This document shows, one piece after another, positions 39,376 through 48,848 of a stretch of 64,000 bases of DNA. Where the stretch lies: the IMG/VR virus record IMGVR_UViG_3300010348_000599; one strand, written 5' to 3'. The position numbers and the translations under genes are program-made. Numbering within the stretch: the stretch's first letter is position 1; every line of letters starts with the position of its first letter. The notes under the pieces were generated by a model. That model was not told the origin of the DNA, made no database searches, and saw only the letters and a list, made by a program, of their open reading frames with translations. Origin of the DNA: a virus.

Positions 39376-40425
39376 ATGAACAACGATAAAACAAGTTCAA
39401 TAGTGCTAAATAATGTAACCGTAATCGATCACGCTTACATAGACGATAATGGTTTTGTTGTGGGTGGTTCTTTCCATGGTTCATTCCATGTTACGGGTAA
39501 AATTGATGGTAAAGAAAAGGTAGTAGTAGATTTTAGTACGATTAAAAAATCAATCAAAAATCTAATTGACGATGATGAAAAAGGGTTTGACCATAAATTA
39601 TGGATTATTGAAGGGTATTCAAACATAAGCTCTATCAACATCAAGAATATTGATGTTGACGATACAAATAAACAAACATACGTAATTGAAACACCACAAG
39701 TTAAAATCACATTACCGACAAATGCTGTTAAGATTGTCACCAAATTACCCATAACCGTACCTGAATATGGACCAGAGTATATTGGATATGCTATTAGTGA
39801 TTTTTTAACTATTGAACTACAAAAATCATATCCAACAGTTCAACTCAACATTAATACAATTTTAACAAATGACATCGGAGTAACACAGTTACCAGGCTGT
39901 ATCCTTCATGCACCAAGATATTTTAGATATGTCCATGGCTTAAAGGACAGCACGTCGTGGGGTTGCCAAAATATTGCTCATGGTCATCTATCTTTTATTG
40001 TAGCATATACAAACATTGAAACGACAAGTCGTGAAACACCTTCTAATGTTATTCAATTACTAAATAAAATAGTTGATGTATTAGATTTAATTGTCTTTGT
40101 CAATAAGGAAAATTTCAATAAGGAAACTATTTCTTACACAACAGAACAACGTGGTTATTTTGAAATGACATTTCAAAATAAGTATATACGTCATGTTGTG
40201 TTGGATACCGAAACTACTATTGAATTTATTACTGAATTTGTCAAGGAAACATGGGGTGATGAATTACAACAGATTGGTGTGACAAAAATTATTGTTAGTG
40301 AAGGTTTAACTAAAGGCTGTATTATAGATATTCCTTGCAGCACAAACACACCAGCGTTTCGTTCACCGGAGGCAATAAAGTTATATGCTCAATTTTCAGC
40401 ACAACAATCATCAAAAAATGATTAA
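39376..40425 (+). CDS. QueD-like (two-domain 6-carboxytetrahydropterin synthase-like) protein
   Basis: TVID, VVDFSTIKK..K..ID...DHKL, HGLK....CQNIAHGH, TTIE, EGL.KG motifs of the long T-fold QueD-like family. Confidence 0.75.
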   Translation: MNNDKTSSIVLNNVTVIDHAYIDDNGFVVGGSFHGSFHVTGKIDGKEKVVVDFSTIKKSIKNLIDDDEKGFDHKLWIIEGYSNISSINIKNIDVDDTNKQTYVIETPQVKITLPTNAVKIVTKLPITVPEYGPEYIGYAISDFLTIELQKSYPTVQLNINTILTNDIGVTQLPGCILHAPRYFRYVHGLKDSTSWGCQNIAHGHLSFIVAYTNIETTSRETPSNVIQLLNKIVDVLDLIVFVNKENFNKETISYTTEQRGYFEMTFQNKYIRHVVLDTETTIEFITEFVKETWGDELQQIGVTKIIVSEGLTKGCIIDIPCSTNTPAFRSPEAIKLYAQFSAQQSSKND

Positions 40426-40888
40426 CATAGATTATAGAAGCGAAAACATTACTGAGAAAGTTCTCAGTAATCTTCAACCTTGTGAATTCGTGTTTTTGGA
40501 AAAACACTGCAAATCCGTCGAAGGTGTATTACAATCTTTAAAATTCACAGATGAGACAAAACAATCAGAAACTATAGTCTTAGCAGGATTTCCTGCTAAA
40601 ATGGCAGGTAAGAATGTAAAATACACCAATCTACATTGGTTTGGTGTATCATTTGATAGAAAATCAAATTTTTATCAAGAGTTTCTAAATGAATTGTTTT
40701 TTTGCTCATTCGAACAAAATTTACTTAGACAAAAGGAGTTGATATCAACTCAAAATCATTCACTAAAACACTCAATAGGTTGCAACGATCCATCTAAAAC
40801 TATTTTAACTGTAGATGAGTTTATTAACAATTTAACTAGTATTAGATACGATCTAATAAATAAACAACTACCAGATTGGTTAACTTAA
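40418..40888 (+). CDS. T4 gp30.3-like (NADAR superfamily) protein
   Basis: LSN....F......SVEGVLQSLKF, L.W.G...R, L.HSIG..DP..TILT..EF. Confidence 0.75.
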   Translation: MINIDYRSENITEKVLSNLQPCEFVFLEKHCKSVEGVLQSLKFTDETKQSETIVLAGFPAKMAGKNVKYTNLHWFGVSFDRKSNFYQEFLNELFFCSFEQNLLRQKELISTQNHSLKHSIGCNDPSKTILTVDEFINNLTSIRYDLINKQLPDWLT

Positions 40889-40898
40889 AGGGAAATAT

Positions 40899-41231
40899 AT
40901 GTCTTATATTAATAATTTCGATGGTGACGTCGAAGAACTTATCAAAAACAATGAAGGATATTTATTAATTGATTGCTATGCACATTGGTGTGGTCCTTGT
41001 AAACAATTTTTGAATATGTTGGATAATCAAATAACGAATCCTTTTCCATCTAACTTAAACATGATTAAAGTTGAAATCAGTGAGTTAGAATCATTTAAGG
41101 CTAAATTTAATATTCGGTCTGTCCCAACATTTTTACTATTTGAGGATGATATATTAATTGCCACCATAACATCAAACAATCTTAGTACAATTGTTGCGTG
41201 GGCAACATCAAATATGGGATTACAAAAATGA
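40899..41231 (+). CDS. trxA: Thioredoxin
   Basis: WCGPC and IRSVPT. Confidence 0.92.
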   Translation: MSYINNFDGDVEELIKNNEGYLLIDCYAHWCGPCKQFLNMLDNQITNPFPSNLNMIKVEISELESFKAKFNIRSVPTFLLFEDDILIATITSNNLSTIVAWATSNMGLQK

Positions 41232-41737
41232 TAGAATTTTTATATTTCGATATGGACGGATTGATTGCAAACTTCAACAAACGTTGTGTTGATATAATGG
41301 GACATAAATTTGATGAAGAAAATGCAAAAGAATGTTGGAGAAAAATAAACAAAGTAGAAGATTTTTGGTTTACTATAGAACCGTATGAAGGTATTTCATA
41401 TTTTTTTAATACCATTATTCCAATTTTGAATGCCAATAATATTAGATATGGTATCTTATCAGGAACGTGTAATAGTAATACAGCAAATTGTGAACGTGAT
41501 AAAATTCTTTGGATTAACGAACATGCAAGTGAATGGTTTCATCCTAGTCAAATACACTTGTGTAAATCAAAGAATAAAAAATACTATGCTACTCCAACAT
41601 CCGTTCTACTTGATGATCGTGGACAAAATATAGATGATTGGAAAAATCACGGTGGTATAGCAATTTGGCATGATTCGGATAATGAATCATTTGATGTATT
41701 AATTCAAAAGATATTAATGGTTATTGAAAACCATTAA
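41228..41737 (+). CDS. HAD-family 5'(3')-deoxyribonucleotidase-like protein
   Basis: FDMDG, K..W, LLDDR..N...W...GG..I. Confidence 0.85.
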   Translation: MIEFLYFDMDGLIANFNKRCVDIMGHKFDEENAKECWRKINKVEDFWFTIEPYEGISYFFNTIIPILNANNIRYGILSGTCNSNTANCERDKILWINEHASEWFHPSQIHLCKSKNKKYYATPTSVLLDDRGQNIDDWKNHGGIAIWHDSDNESFDVLIQKILMVIENH

Positions 41738-41781
41738 TATTTTACATATACTCAACAAATAATATTTTTTATGGTGAGTAT

Positions 41782-42906
41782 ATGTTTACAAATCTATTCA
41801 ATAATTTAATGGCCCTGTGCTCAAATTCTGAGACAGGGTTTTATTTCGTCGATCGTGTATATGATCAAGACAACCACTTATATAGAATCTTCTCATATCG
41901 TGCAACAGGAAGTTATACATCTTGGTTATTGCCAGATGCTTTAAACTGTAGAGGAACGATGTTTAGACAAGAAAGTAGTAAATGGATTCTCGTTTCATTA
42001 CCTATGCCTAAATGCTTTAGATTACGTGAAAACCCAATTATACAGCATCAAGAATCCCATATGGATGAATTAGATTTTTTTATCAAGTTGGATGGAAGTT
42101 TAATTAGTACCTTTGTTGATGCAAATAACAATATTGGGGTTAAATCAAAAACATCACTATCATCACCACACTGCTCAATTGCACGAGGATTGTTACCAGA
42201 TATTCTGAATGAACATAATATAACTGTTGAAGATTGTAAATCAAAAACTTACAATTTTGAATTATGTTCATCTGATCCCGAATTAAGAATCGTTGTTAAG
42301 TATGATAGCACTAAGTTGACACTTCTCAACTCACGTTCACATATCACGGGACGTGTACATCATAATGCTGCATTATTGATGTATCAGCGTACAAGTATCC
42401 CCGCAATAGAATCCTATTTGAAAGTTAGAACCGACATAGAAGGTGTTATTGGCTATGATTATCAAAACGATGTGACATTCAAAATGAAAACAAAATGGTA
42501 TGATGAATTACATACCTCAAAATCTTGTTTTAGTTATGAAAATGTTATTAATTTATATCTAATGGAAAAGTTGGATGATTACCGTAGTTTACATTATGAT
42601 GATGTTGGTTTAATTGGAAAAATTGAAAAAATTGTAACCTTTATCCATCCATTATATAATAAAACAATGGATGCAATTGAAAAATTCTTTAATTGTAATA
42701 AACACTTACAACGAAAAGAATTTGCATGCTTGATCCAATCCACGTTTTGTGATTCTATATATCTGAATATATTAATGCAAATGTATAGTGGAAAAATATC
42801 AAATGAATCAAAATTTAAAGCTCTATCAAAATTTCTAATAGAGCAATACAGTCTACATGGAGTAAAAGACAATGGATTTACAAACTTACCGCAATTGTGC
42901 AGCTAA
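41782..42906 (+). CDS. rnlA: RNA ligase 1, T4 RnlA-like
   Basis: IFSYR, CRG.MF, KLDGSLI, NFEL, IVV.Y, EGVI, KMKT.WY. Confidence 0.9.
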   Translation: MFTNLFNNLMALCSNSETGFYFVDRVYDQDNHLYRIFSYRATGSYTSWLLPDALNCRGTMFRQESSKWILVSLPMPKCFRLRENPIIQHQESHMDELDFFIKLDGSLISTFVDANNNIGVKSKTSLSSPHCSIARGLLPDILNEHNITVEDCKSKTYNFELCSSDPELRIVVKYDSTKLTLLNSRSHITGRVHHNAALLMYQRTSIPAIESYLKVRTDIEGVIGYDYQNDVTFKMKTKWYDELHTSKSCFSYENVINLYLMEKLDDYRSLHYDDVGLIGKIEKIVTFIHPLYNKTMDAIEKFFNCNKHLQRKEFACLIQSTFCDSIYLNILMQMYSGKISNESKFKALSKFLIEQYSLHGVKDNGFTNLPQLCS

Positions 42907-43465
42907 AACTGAAAGCCTACCAGAATCAATTACATGTTCTCATGCTCTGATATCTGGTATTTTAGTTAGCTTAGAAGAATTAACCAATATTCTTGATAGT
43001 ATTAAAAAGAATATGTTTTATAAACGTTCTTTAATGGAAGAAGCTGATATTAAAAGTTCTTTACAAAATATTAGTTCTTTGTTACAAGACTTATCAAAGG
43101 GTGATATCACAACACAAGACGTATCTGTTATTGATGTTCAGCAAATTCGTGTTTTACATTCAATGATTGGTATTATAACTGAATCTGCTGGTGAATTACC
43201 CTCGTTGGTTAATAGCGTTATTAAAGAAGGTAATCTTGATCACGTTAACTTAAACGAAGAATATGGTGATGTAATGTGGTATATTGATAGAGGTTTAGAT
43301 AGCATTGGAACCTCTATTGAACAATCTCTCGATATTAATATCAATAAGCTATCTGCTAGATACCCTGAAGGGCATTTTGATAATGAACGTGCAATTAATC
43401 GCTCTCTTGATGTGGAACGTGAAATTTTGGATACATTAGTGTATGATGAGAAAAAGGAGACCTAG
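42872..43465 (+). CDS. mazG: MazG-like nucleotide pyrophosphohydrolase
   Basis: GI.TE.GE, EEYGDVMWY, NI.KL.ARYP. Confidence 0.82.
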   Translation: MDLQTYRNCAAKTESLPESITCSHALISGILVSLEELTNILDSIKKNMFYKRSLMEEADIKSSLQNISSLLQDLSKGDITTQDVSVIDVQQIRVLHSMIGIITESAGELPSLVNSVIKEGNLDHVNLNEEYGDVMWYIDRGLDSIGTSIEQSLDININKLSARYPEGHFDNERAINRSLDVEREILDTLVYDEKKET

Positions 43466-43477
43466 GTCTCCTTTTTC
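43450..43477. terminator. Bidirectional terminator-like palindrome
   Basis: GAAAAAGGAGACC-TA-GGTCTCCTTTTTC. Confidence 0.75.
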
Positions 43478-43512
43478 ATTATAAATACATTTAAAAATAT
43501 GGATATATTATA

Positions 43513-44058
43513 ATGCATTTACTAGAAGAATTAGATATTTCATGTGATATCATTTACGAAATGGTGGAATTACAAGAAATGCTTGAATTATATGAAGAAA
43601 TATTATTAAATGAATCAGTTCAAACATTAGCAGATAAATTCCAAATGTGGTTAGAGCGTAAAAACATATCACCACAGGATTTGGGTTGCTTGGTGGCAGG
43701 ATTATCGATTTTACTTTCCTCTGAAGGACGAAGTGCCATTACCAGAGATGATTTAATTAATATGGGCTTACATGGTGATTTAAGACGTGCAGAGAAAATT
43801 GATAATGTTGATTTAAATAGTATGATACGAAATCAAATTATACATTTAGGTAAAACAAGAGCACCAAAATTATCATCAATGGTAACAGAAGCTATTAATC
43901 AACAACGTTATAATCAAATTAGAAATTTTTTGTTGAAATTAAGTGTTTATGTCGATAGACTTAAAAATAAGGAAAAATACGTAAAACAAGAACCTCATGT
44001 AATGAAATCTTCAAGACGTAATAATCCTAGCGTGCAATCAGTTCCTACCCATAAATAA
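43513..44058 (+). CDS. Hypothetical late protein, possible capsid-internal protein
   Basis: TATAAATA at 43480-43487; Glu-rich leader with LLEE/LLNE. Confidence 0.65.
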   Translation: MHLLEELDISCDIIYEMVELQEMLELYEEILLNESVQTLADKFQMWLERKNISPQDLGCLVAGLSILLSSEGRSAITRDDLINMGLHGDLRRAEKIDNVDLNSMIRNQIIHLGKTRAPKLSSMVTEAINQQRYNQIRNFLLKLSVYVDRLKNKEKYVKQEPHVMKSSRRNNPSVQSVPTHK

Positions 44059-44067
44059 GGAGTTTTT

Positions 44068-45873
44068 ATGAAACAACCAACACAAGGAAAGATTAATAAA
44101 AATACTAAACGTACACGTGAATCTCAACGTGATACTAAAGTAGAATTCGCATTACGACAAATTTCACCTCTAACAGATAGACAATCTGATATGATGGCAG
44201 GCTTATCCAATAATAATCATACTATTGGATATGGCTCAGCGGGAACAGGAAAAGCCCAGCCACTTACATCAAAAGTATTAACACCCTCAGGATGGAAATT
44301 TATGGGTGATGTTGTTGTTGGTGATGTTGTTAGTACCCCAAACGGTTCTACGTCAACAGTTATAGGTATATTTCCACAAGGTGAAAAGGAAATTTATGAA
44401 GTTACCTTTAGTGATGGTTCATCAACACGATGCTGTTTGGATCATTTATGGGAATGTAATGTTCCTGTTAATTTTCGTAAGTATAATAAATCTTATAAGA
44501 AGATCTTAACAACTAAAGATATGATTAATTTTCTTATGGAAAAAAAAATCCAACCAAATTATGGTAATATATCGATAGATTTAATTTCTGGTCATGAAAC
44601 ACCTAAAGTGGAATTACCGATCCCACCATACTTACTTGGCGTATTGATCGGTGACGGTTCAATAACAAATGGAGTAATGTTTACATCAGCAGATCAACAA
44701 ATAATCGATAATGTTGGAGCTTTATTACGAGATGATTATTACATAAATTCAACAATTGGTCCATATGATTTTCGTATAACATATAAGATAAAAGACCCCA
44801 AAAATCGTCAGAATTATTATTCTATAAAACTTCAAGAATTAGGGTTATATGGAAAAAAGTCTAATGATAAATTTATTCCAGATATGTATAAACATTCCTG
44901 TATAACTGATAGAATTAAATTATTACAGGGGTTATTAGATACTGATGGAACTGTGGGGAAAAAAGGAGATGTTAGTTTTTCCACATCTTCGTATAATCTA
45001 GCTAAGGATGTACAAGAGATTGTTTGGTCTATTGGAGGAAAAAGTTGTATTCGTAAAAGGAAGGCTGGTTATACAAAAAATGGCGTATATATTAAGTGCC
45101 AAGATTGTTATACAGTCAGTATATCATACACACAACCCAAAGATCTATTTACACTAGAACGTAAGGTTCAACGATGTTCGGATACATATCAACCCAAACA
45201 ATTACGACGAACACTAAAATCTATTGAATTGGTATCTGTTGAACAGGCTCAATGTATACTGTTAGATAGTGAAGAACATCTATATATTACAGATGATTAT
45301 ATTATTACACACAATACGATGGTTGCGCTTTATAGTGCATTAGTAAAAGTACTTGTTGATAAATCACATGATAAAGTAATTATTTTACGCTCACCTCTTT
45401 CTGTTAATCATCAAGGTTATTTACCAGGCACGTTAGAGGAAAAAGAAGCTGTGTATGAACGTCCTTATGTTGATATTGTTGATTGGTTAATGATGGAAAA
45501 CGGAGCATATTACAAATTAAAGGAAAAGAACTTAATTGAATTTCAAACAACATCTTATATTAGAGGATTAACTTGGGATAATTGTGTTGTTATAGCTGAT
45601 GAAACTCAAAATATGTTGTGGGAAGAGATTAACACCATCGCAACTCGTAAAGGGTTAAACACAGTTTTGGTCTTCTTGGGAGATCTTAAACAAGACGATT
45701 TAACCCCAACCAAACGTAATCAACAATCAGGTATGTCGAAACTCATTCATGTTGGTCGCATATGTGCAAGTTTCTGTATGGTAAACTTTACCCCCGAAGA
45801 TATCGTCCGTGACGAATTTGTTAAGGAATGGATTTTAGCTGTGGAGCAGATAGAATCCATTCCTTCTAAATAA
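44068..45873 (+). CDS. phoH: PhoH-family ATPase containing an intein
   Basis: GSAGTGK|intein|T, GYLPGTLEEK, YIRGLT, DETQN, GD..Q.D, DIVR. Confidence 0.92.
   Translation: MKQPTQGKINKNTKRTRESQRDTKVEFALRQISPLTDRQSDMMAGLSNNNHTIGYGSAGTGKAQPLTSKVLTPSGWKFMGDVVVGDVVSTPNGSTSTVIGIFPQGEKEIYEVTFSDGSSTRCCLDHLWECNVPVNFRKYNKSYKKILTTKDMINFLMEKKIQPNYGNISIDLISGHETPKVELPIPPYLLGVLIGDGSITNGVMFTSADQQIIDNVGALLRDDYYINSTIGPYDFRITYKIKDPKNRQNYYSIKLQELGLYGKKSNDKFIPDMYKHSCITDRIKLLQGLLDTDGTVGKKGDVSFSTSSYNLAKDVQEIVWSIGGKSCIRKRKAGYTKNGVYIKCQDCYTVSISYTQPKDLFTLERKVQRCSDTYQPKQLRRTLKSIELVSVEQAQCILLDSEEHLYITDDYIITHNTMVALYSALVKVLVDKSHDKVIILRSPLSVNHQGYLPGTLEEKEAVYERPYVDIVDWLMMENGAYYKLKEKNLIEFQTTSYIRGLTWDNCVVIADETQNMLWEEINTIATRKGLNTVLVFLGDLKQDDLTPTKRNQQSGMSKLIHVGRICASFCMVNFTPEDIVRDEFVKEWILAVEQIESIPSK
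44254..45315 (+). mobile_element. 354-aa intein with LAGLIDADG homing endonuclease, inserted in the PhoH Walker A motif
   Basis: Starts AQPL, block B DHLW, LLGVLIGDG and LLQGLLDTDG, block F AQCI, ends THN followed by Thr. Confidence 0.92.
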
Positions 45874-45875
45874 CT

Positions 45876-45909
45876 TTTTTGAAAACTTACATCTGTAAGT
45901 TTTCAAAAA
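45876..45909. terminator. Hairpin after phoH
   Basis: TTTTTGAAAACTTACA-TC-TGTAAGTTTTCAAAAA; a second AT-rich hairpin lies at 45931-45964. Confidence 0.55.
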
Positions 45910-45977
45910 TTAATTTCATTTAAAACCTTATAAAAAAATGTTAAAATGGTTTAACATTTTTTTATTTATTATTTTAA

Positions 45978-46121
45978 GTTAAATTAACCGAAAAGCAATT
46001 ACCAAAGGTCGAAGCTGCCGATGATGCAAAAGAGGTCTTTTGGGTACCCATTATGCATTTAAGTCAAATGAGCTCTTTGTTTTTTGAAGATCACTTTCAC
46101 ATTCTGACTAGTTACCTTTAA
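45978..46121 (+). pseudogene. C-terminal remnant of NadM-Nudix (NatV-like NMN adenylyltransferase/ADP-ribose pyrophosphatase)
   Basis: Manual translation: VKLTEKQLPKVEAADDAKEVFWVPIMHLSQMSSLFFEDHFHILTSYL*. In-frame stop immediately upstream, no start; directly before nadV. Confidence 0.75.
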
Positions 46122-46135
46122 TTTGGAGATAGACA

Positions 46136-46870
46136 ATGTTTTCTTATAATCCTATTCTCGATACTGATAGTTACAAATTTTCCATGTTTTTACAATACCC
46201 ACCACGAACAACTAATATTTTTAGTTATATAGAATCTCGTGGTGGTATTTTTGATAAAACAGTATTTTTTGGACTTCAGGTTTTTATCAAAAACTTTTTA
46301 TTGACACGAATAACTAAAGAAATGGTATATGAAGCTGAGCGAATTATTACATTACACGGTGAACCTTTCAATACCGTTGGATGGTTATATATTGTTGAGA
46401 AACACAATGGTTTCTTACCTGTTTTAATTAAAAGTGTAAAAGAAGGTACTGTGATTCCAACAAAGAATGTTTTGGTGACAGTTGAAGTTACTGATCCAGA
46501 ATGTTTTTGGGTAACAACATTTATTGAAACGGCGTTGTTGCGTTCTGTATGGTATCCAACAACTGTGGCTACAAATAGTTATCATTGTAAACAAATTATT
46601 CTTAAAGCCTTAGAAAAATCAGGAACACCATCTTCTATTGATTTTAAGTTACATGATTTTGGTGCACGTGGTGTTAGTTCTTATGAATCTGCTGCAATCG
46701 GTGGGTTAGCACATTTAATCAACTTCAAGGGAACAGATACTGTTCCCGCATTAATAGCTGCAATAAATTATTATGATTCTAAAGAAGTGGTTGGGTGGTC
46801 AATTCCAGCAAGTGAACATAGTGTTGCTTGTAGTTGGTCTGGTACTATTCCAGAAATTAAATTAAAATAA
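46136..46870 (+). CDS. nadV: Nicotinamide phosphoribosyltransferase, N-terminal part
   Basis: DTDSYK, YIESRGG, VWYPTTVAT, LHDFGARG, GTD, PASEHS. Confidence 0.9.
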   Translation: MFSYNPILDTDSYKFSMFLQYPPRTTNIFSYIESRGGIFDKTVFFGLQVFIKNFLLTRITKEMVYEAERIITLHGEPFNTVGWLYIVEKHNGFLPVLIKSVKEGTVIPTKNVLVTVEVTDPECFWVTTFIETALLRSVWYPTTVATNSYHCKQIILKALEKSGTPSSIDFKLHDFGARGVSSYESAAIGGLAHLINFKGTDTVPALIAAINYYDSKEVVGWSIPASEHSVACSWSGTIPEIKLK

Positions 46871-46930
46871 CTGCTCTGTTGCAGGAATTATTAAATAGAA
46901 TAAATACATTCATATTTAAGATAGATATGA

Positions 46931-48088
46931 ATGTATTTTACGATATATAAAACAACAAATATGGTTAATGGTATGATATACATAGGACAACACATTACCA
47001 ATAATTTAAACGATAATTATCTAGGATCTGGTATTGAAATAAAACAGCAATTAATGCAATATGGTAAACAAAATTTCACAAAAGAAACAATGTTTATATT
47101 TGATAATTTTGATGAGATGAATAACAAAGAAAAAGAATTAATCACAGAAGAATTTTTATCACAACCACACGTAATGAATAGGCAATTGGGTGGAAGTGGA
47201 AAATGGATGACAAAACGAAGTGTTGTTGTATTTATGAATAATAAATGGTGTAGAATTTCTGTGGATAAATATGACTCCAATATCCACATCACACCATGCT
47301 CTGGAACAGTGCGGGTATTTGATCTAACACTACAATCCTATCGAAGAGTACCGTGTGATGTATATCATACAAATAAATCTAATTTCTTAACAGCAAGTAG
47401 TGGTAAGGTAACAATCCGCCATATTGGCAATAATAAAACTGAATCAATTAATATTAAAGATTTTAACAAATTATATCATAAAAAAGTGTTTGGTGGCATT
47501 GTGGTAAAAATTAATGATACTAATATGTATGTAGATAAAGAGACATTTATCAAATCAAAAATGAAAGGCATACATGTCGGTAAAGTAACAGTTTTAGATA
47601 CAACTGATGGTATACGAAAACATATATCAAAAAAGGATTATGATGAAAACCCAAAAAGATATATTCATGCTTCTAAAGGACGTATTACTTGTAGAAATAT
47701 CGAAACTAATGAAACAAGTAGTATCACTAAAGAACAGTATGAAAAAAATAAACACAAATATATCCCAACAACTAAAGGTGAGAAAACTGTATGGTTAATA
47801 CAAGAGCAACGGTTTATTAATATTAAAAAAGAAACATTTAATAGAGATATACATCGGTTAGCATCAGACAAAATGATCAAATGTTTTGATGAACATGGTA
47901 ATATATTAATCGATTTTTGGGGTACAAAAATCGATTTTGTAAAAAAGTACGGTATACTTATATATTTGGAGGCATTAAAAGAGACTAAAAACTTTCAACC
48001 CAAACAACCTCACAAATTTAAAAAATTTCAAAACTGTTCATTTCAACTTATTGATTGGAGAAAACATTATGAACAACATAAAAAATGA
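46931..48088 (+). CDS. GIY-YIG (Seg-like) homing endonuclease with repeated C-terminal units
   Basis: IYKTTN..NG.IYIG.H.......YLGSG...YG..NF.KE; preceded by TAAATA; inserted within nadV. Confidence 0.88.
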   Translation: MYFTIYKTTNMVNGMIYIGQHITNNLNDNYLGSGIEIKQQLMQYGKQNFTKETMFIFDNFDEMNNKEKELITEEFLSQPHVMNRQLGGSGKWMTKRSVVVFMNNKWCRISVDKYDSNIHITPCSGTVRVFDLTLQSYRRVPCDVYHTNKSNFLTASSGKVTIRHIGNNKTESINIKDFNKLYHKKVFGGIVVKINDTNMYVDKETFIKSKMKGIHVGKVTVLDTTDGIRKHISKKDYDENPKRYIHASKGRITCRNIETNETSSITKEQYEKNKHKYIPTTKGEKTVWLIQEQRFINIKKETFNRDIHRLASDKMIKCFDEHGNILIDFWGTKIDFVKKYGILIYLEALKETKNFQPKQPHKFKKFQNCSFQLIDWRKHYEQHKK

Positions 48089-48782
48089 ATTGGCATATAT
48101 TCGCCAAATGTTATCATTGTTAGATACACACGCAGCTGTGTCAATAGTGGGAGATGCCTATAATATTTATAATTTTATTGAACTGATGGGAAGCATTAAG
48201 GATGAAATTATACAAAAAACAAAAAACGGACAAATAATAGTAATACGCCCCGATAGTTGTGAACCAACAGAAGTGTTACCTAAGATTATGGAATTGGCCG
48301 CACTAAAATTTGGGTTTAGTGTTAACGAAAAAGGATATAAAGTTATTAACAATGTACGCTTTATCCAAGGAGACGGTATAACTATTAACACTCTTCAACC
48401 TATTATTGATTCAATTTTAAATGCTGGTTTTTCATTAGATAATATTGCATTTGGAATGGGTGGAGGTTTATTACAACACGTCAATCGTGATGATCAAAAA
48501 TTCGCCATGAAATGCTCTGCCGCATTAGTTGATGGTGTATGGGTTGATGTTTGTAAAGATCCTGTTACAGATCCTGGAAAGAAATCAAAGATGGGTCGTC
48601 TTCAAGTTGTTAAAACATTAAGTGGAGATGTGGTAACATTTCGTGAGGATGAGCATATAAAAACACCATCTGTTCCGTTATTACATACTGTATATGAATG
48701 GAACGGTATTGGTAAATTATGGTCTCAGTTACCAACAACCTCTTTCATCTCGTTTGAAGAAGTGAGACAAAACTCCAACTAA
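48069..48782 (+). CDS. nadV: Nicotinamide phosphoribosyltransferase, C-terminal part
   Basis: VSIVGDAY, VIRPDS, IQGDGI, FGMGGGLLQ, KFAMK, KDPVTDPGKKSK.GR; own GGAG Shine-Dalgarno and ATG at 48069. Confidence 0.9.
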   Translation: MNNIKNELAYIRQMLSLLDTHAAVSIVGDAYNIYNFIELMGSIKDEIIQKTKNGQIIVIRPDSCEPTEVLPKIMELAALKFGFSVNEKGYKVINNVRFIQGDGITINTLQPIIDSILNAGFSLDNIAFGMGGGLLQHVNRDDQKFAMKCSAALVDGVWVDVCKDPVTDPGKKSKMGRLQVVKTLSGDVVTFREDEHIKTPSVPLLHTVYEWNGIGKLWSQLPTTSFISFEEVRQNSN

Positions 48783-48788
48783 AAACAC

Positions 48789-48823
48789 TTAGGTGCGAAT
48801 GATTCAAATATATTCGCACCTAA
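48789..48823 (+). terminator. Hairpin after nadV, overlapping the next late promoter
   Basis: TTAGGTGCGAAT...ATTCGCACCTAA; TAAATA at 48821. Confidence 0.5.
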
Positions 48824-48848
48824 ATACATAAAATGAATATTATATGGT

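Noticed and set aside
46871..48068. Group I intron interrupting nadV
   Set aside because: Only 60 non-coding AT-rich nt upstream of the endonuclease and none downstream; no P/Q/R/S core recognised; the downstream half has its own ribosome-binding site. RT-PCR would be decisive.
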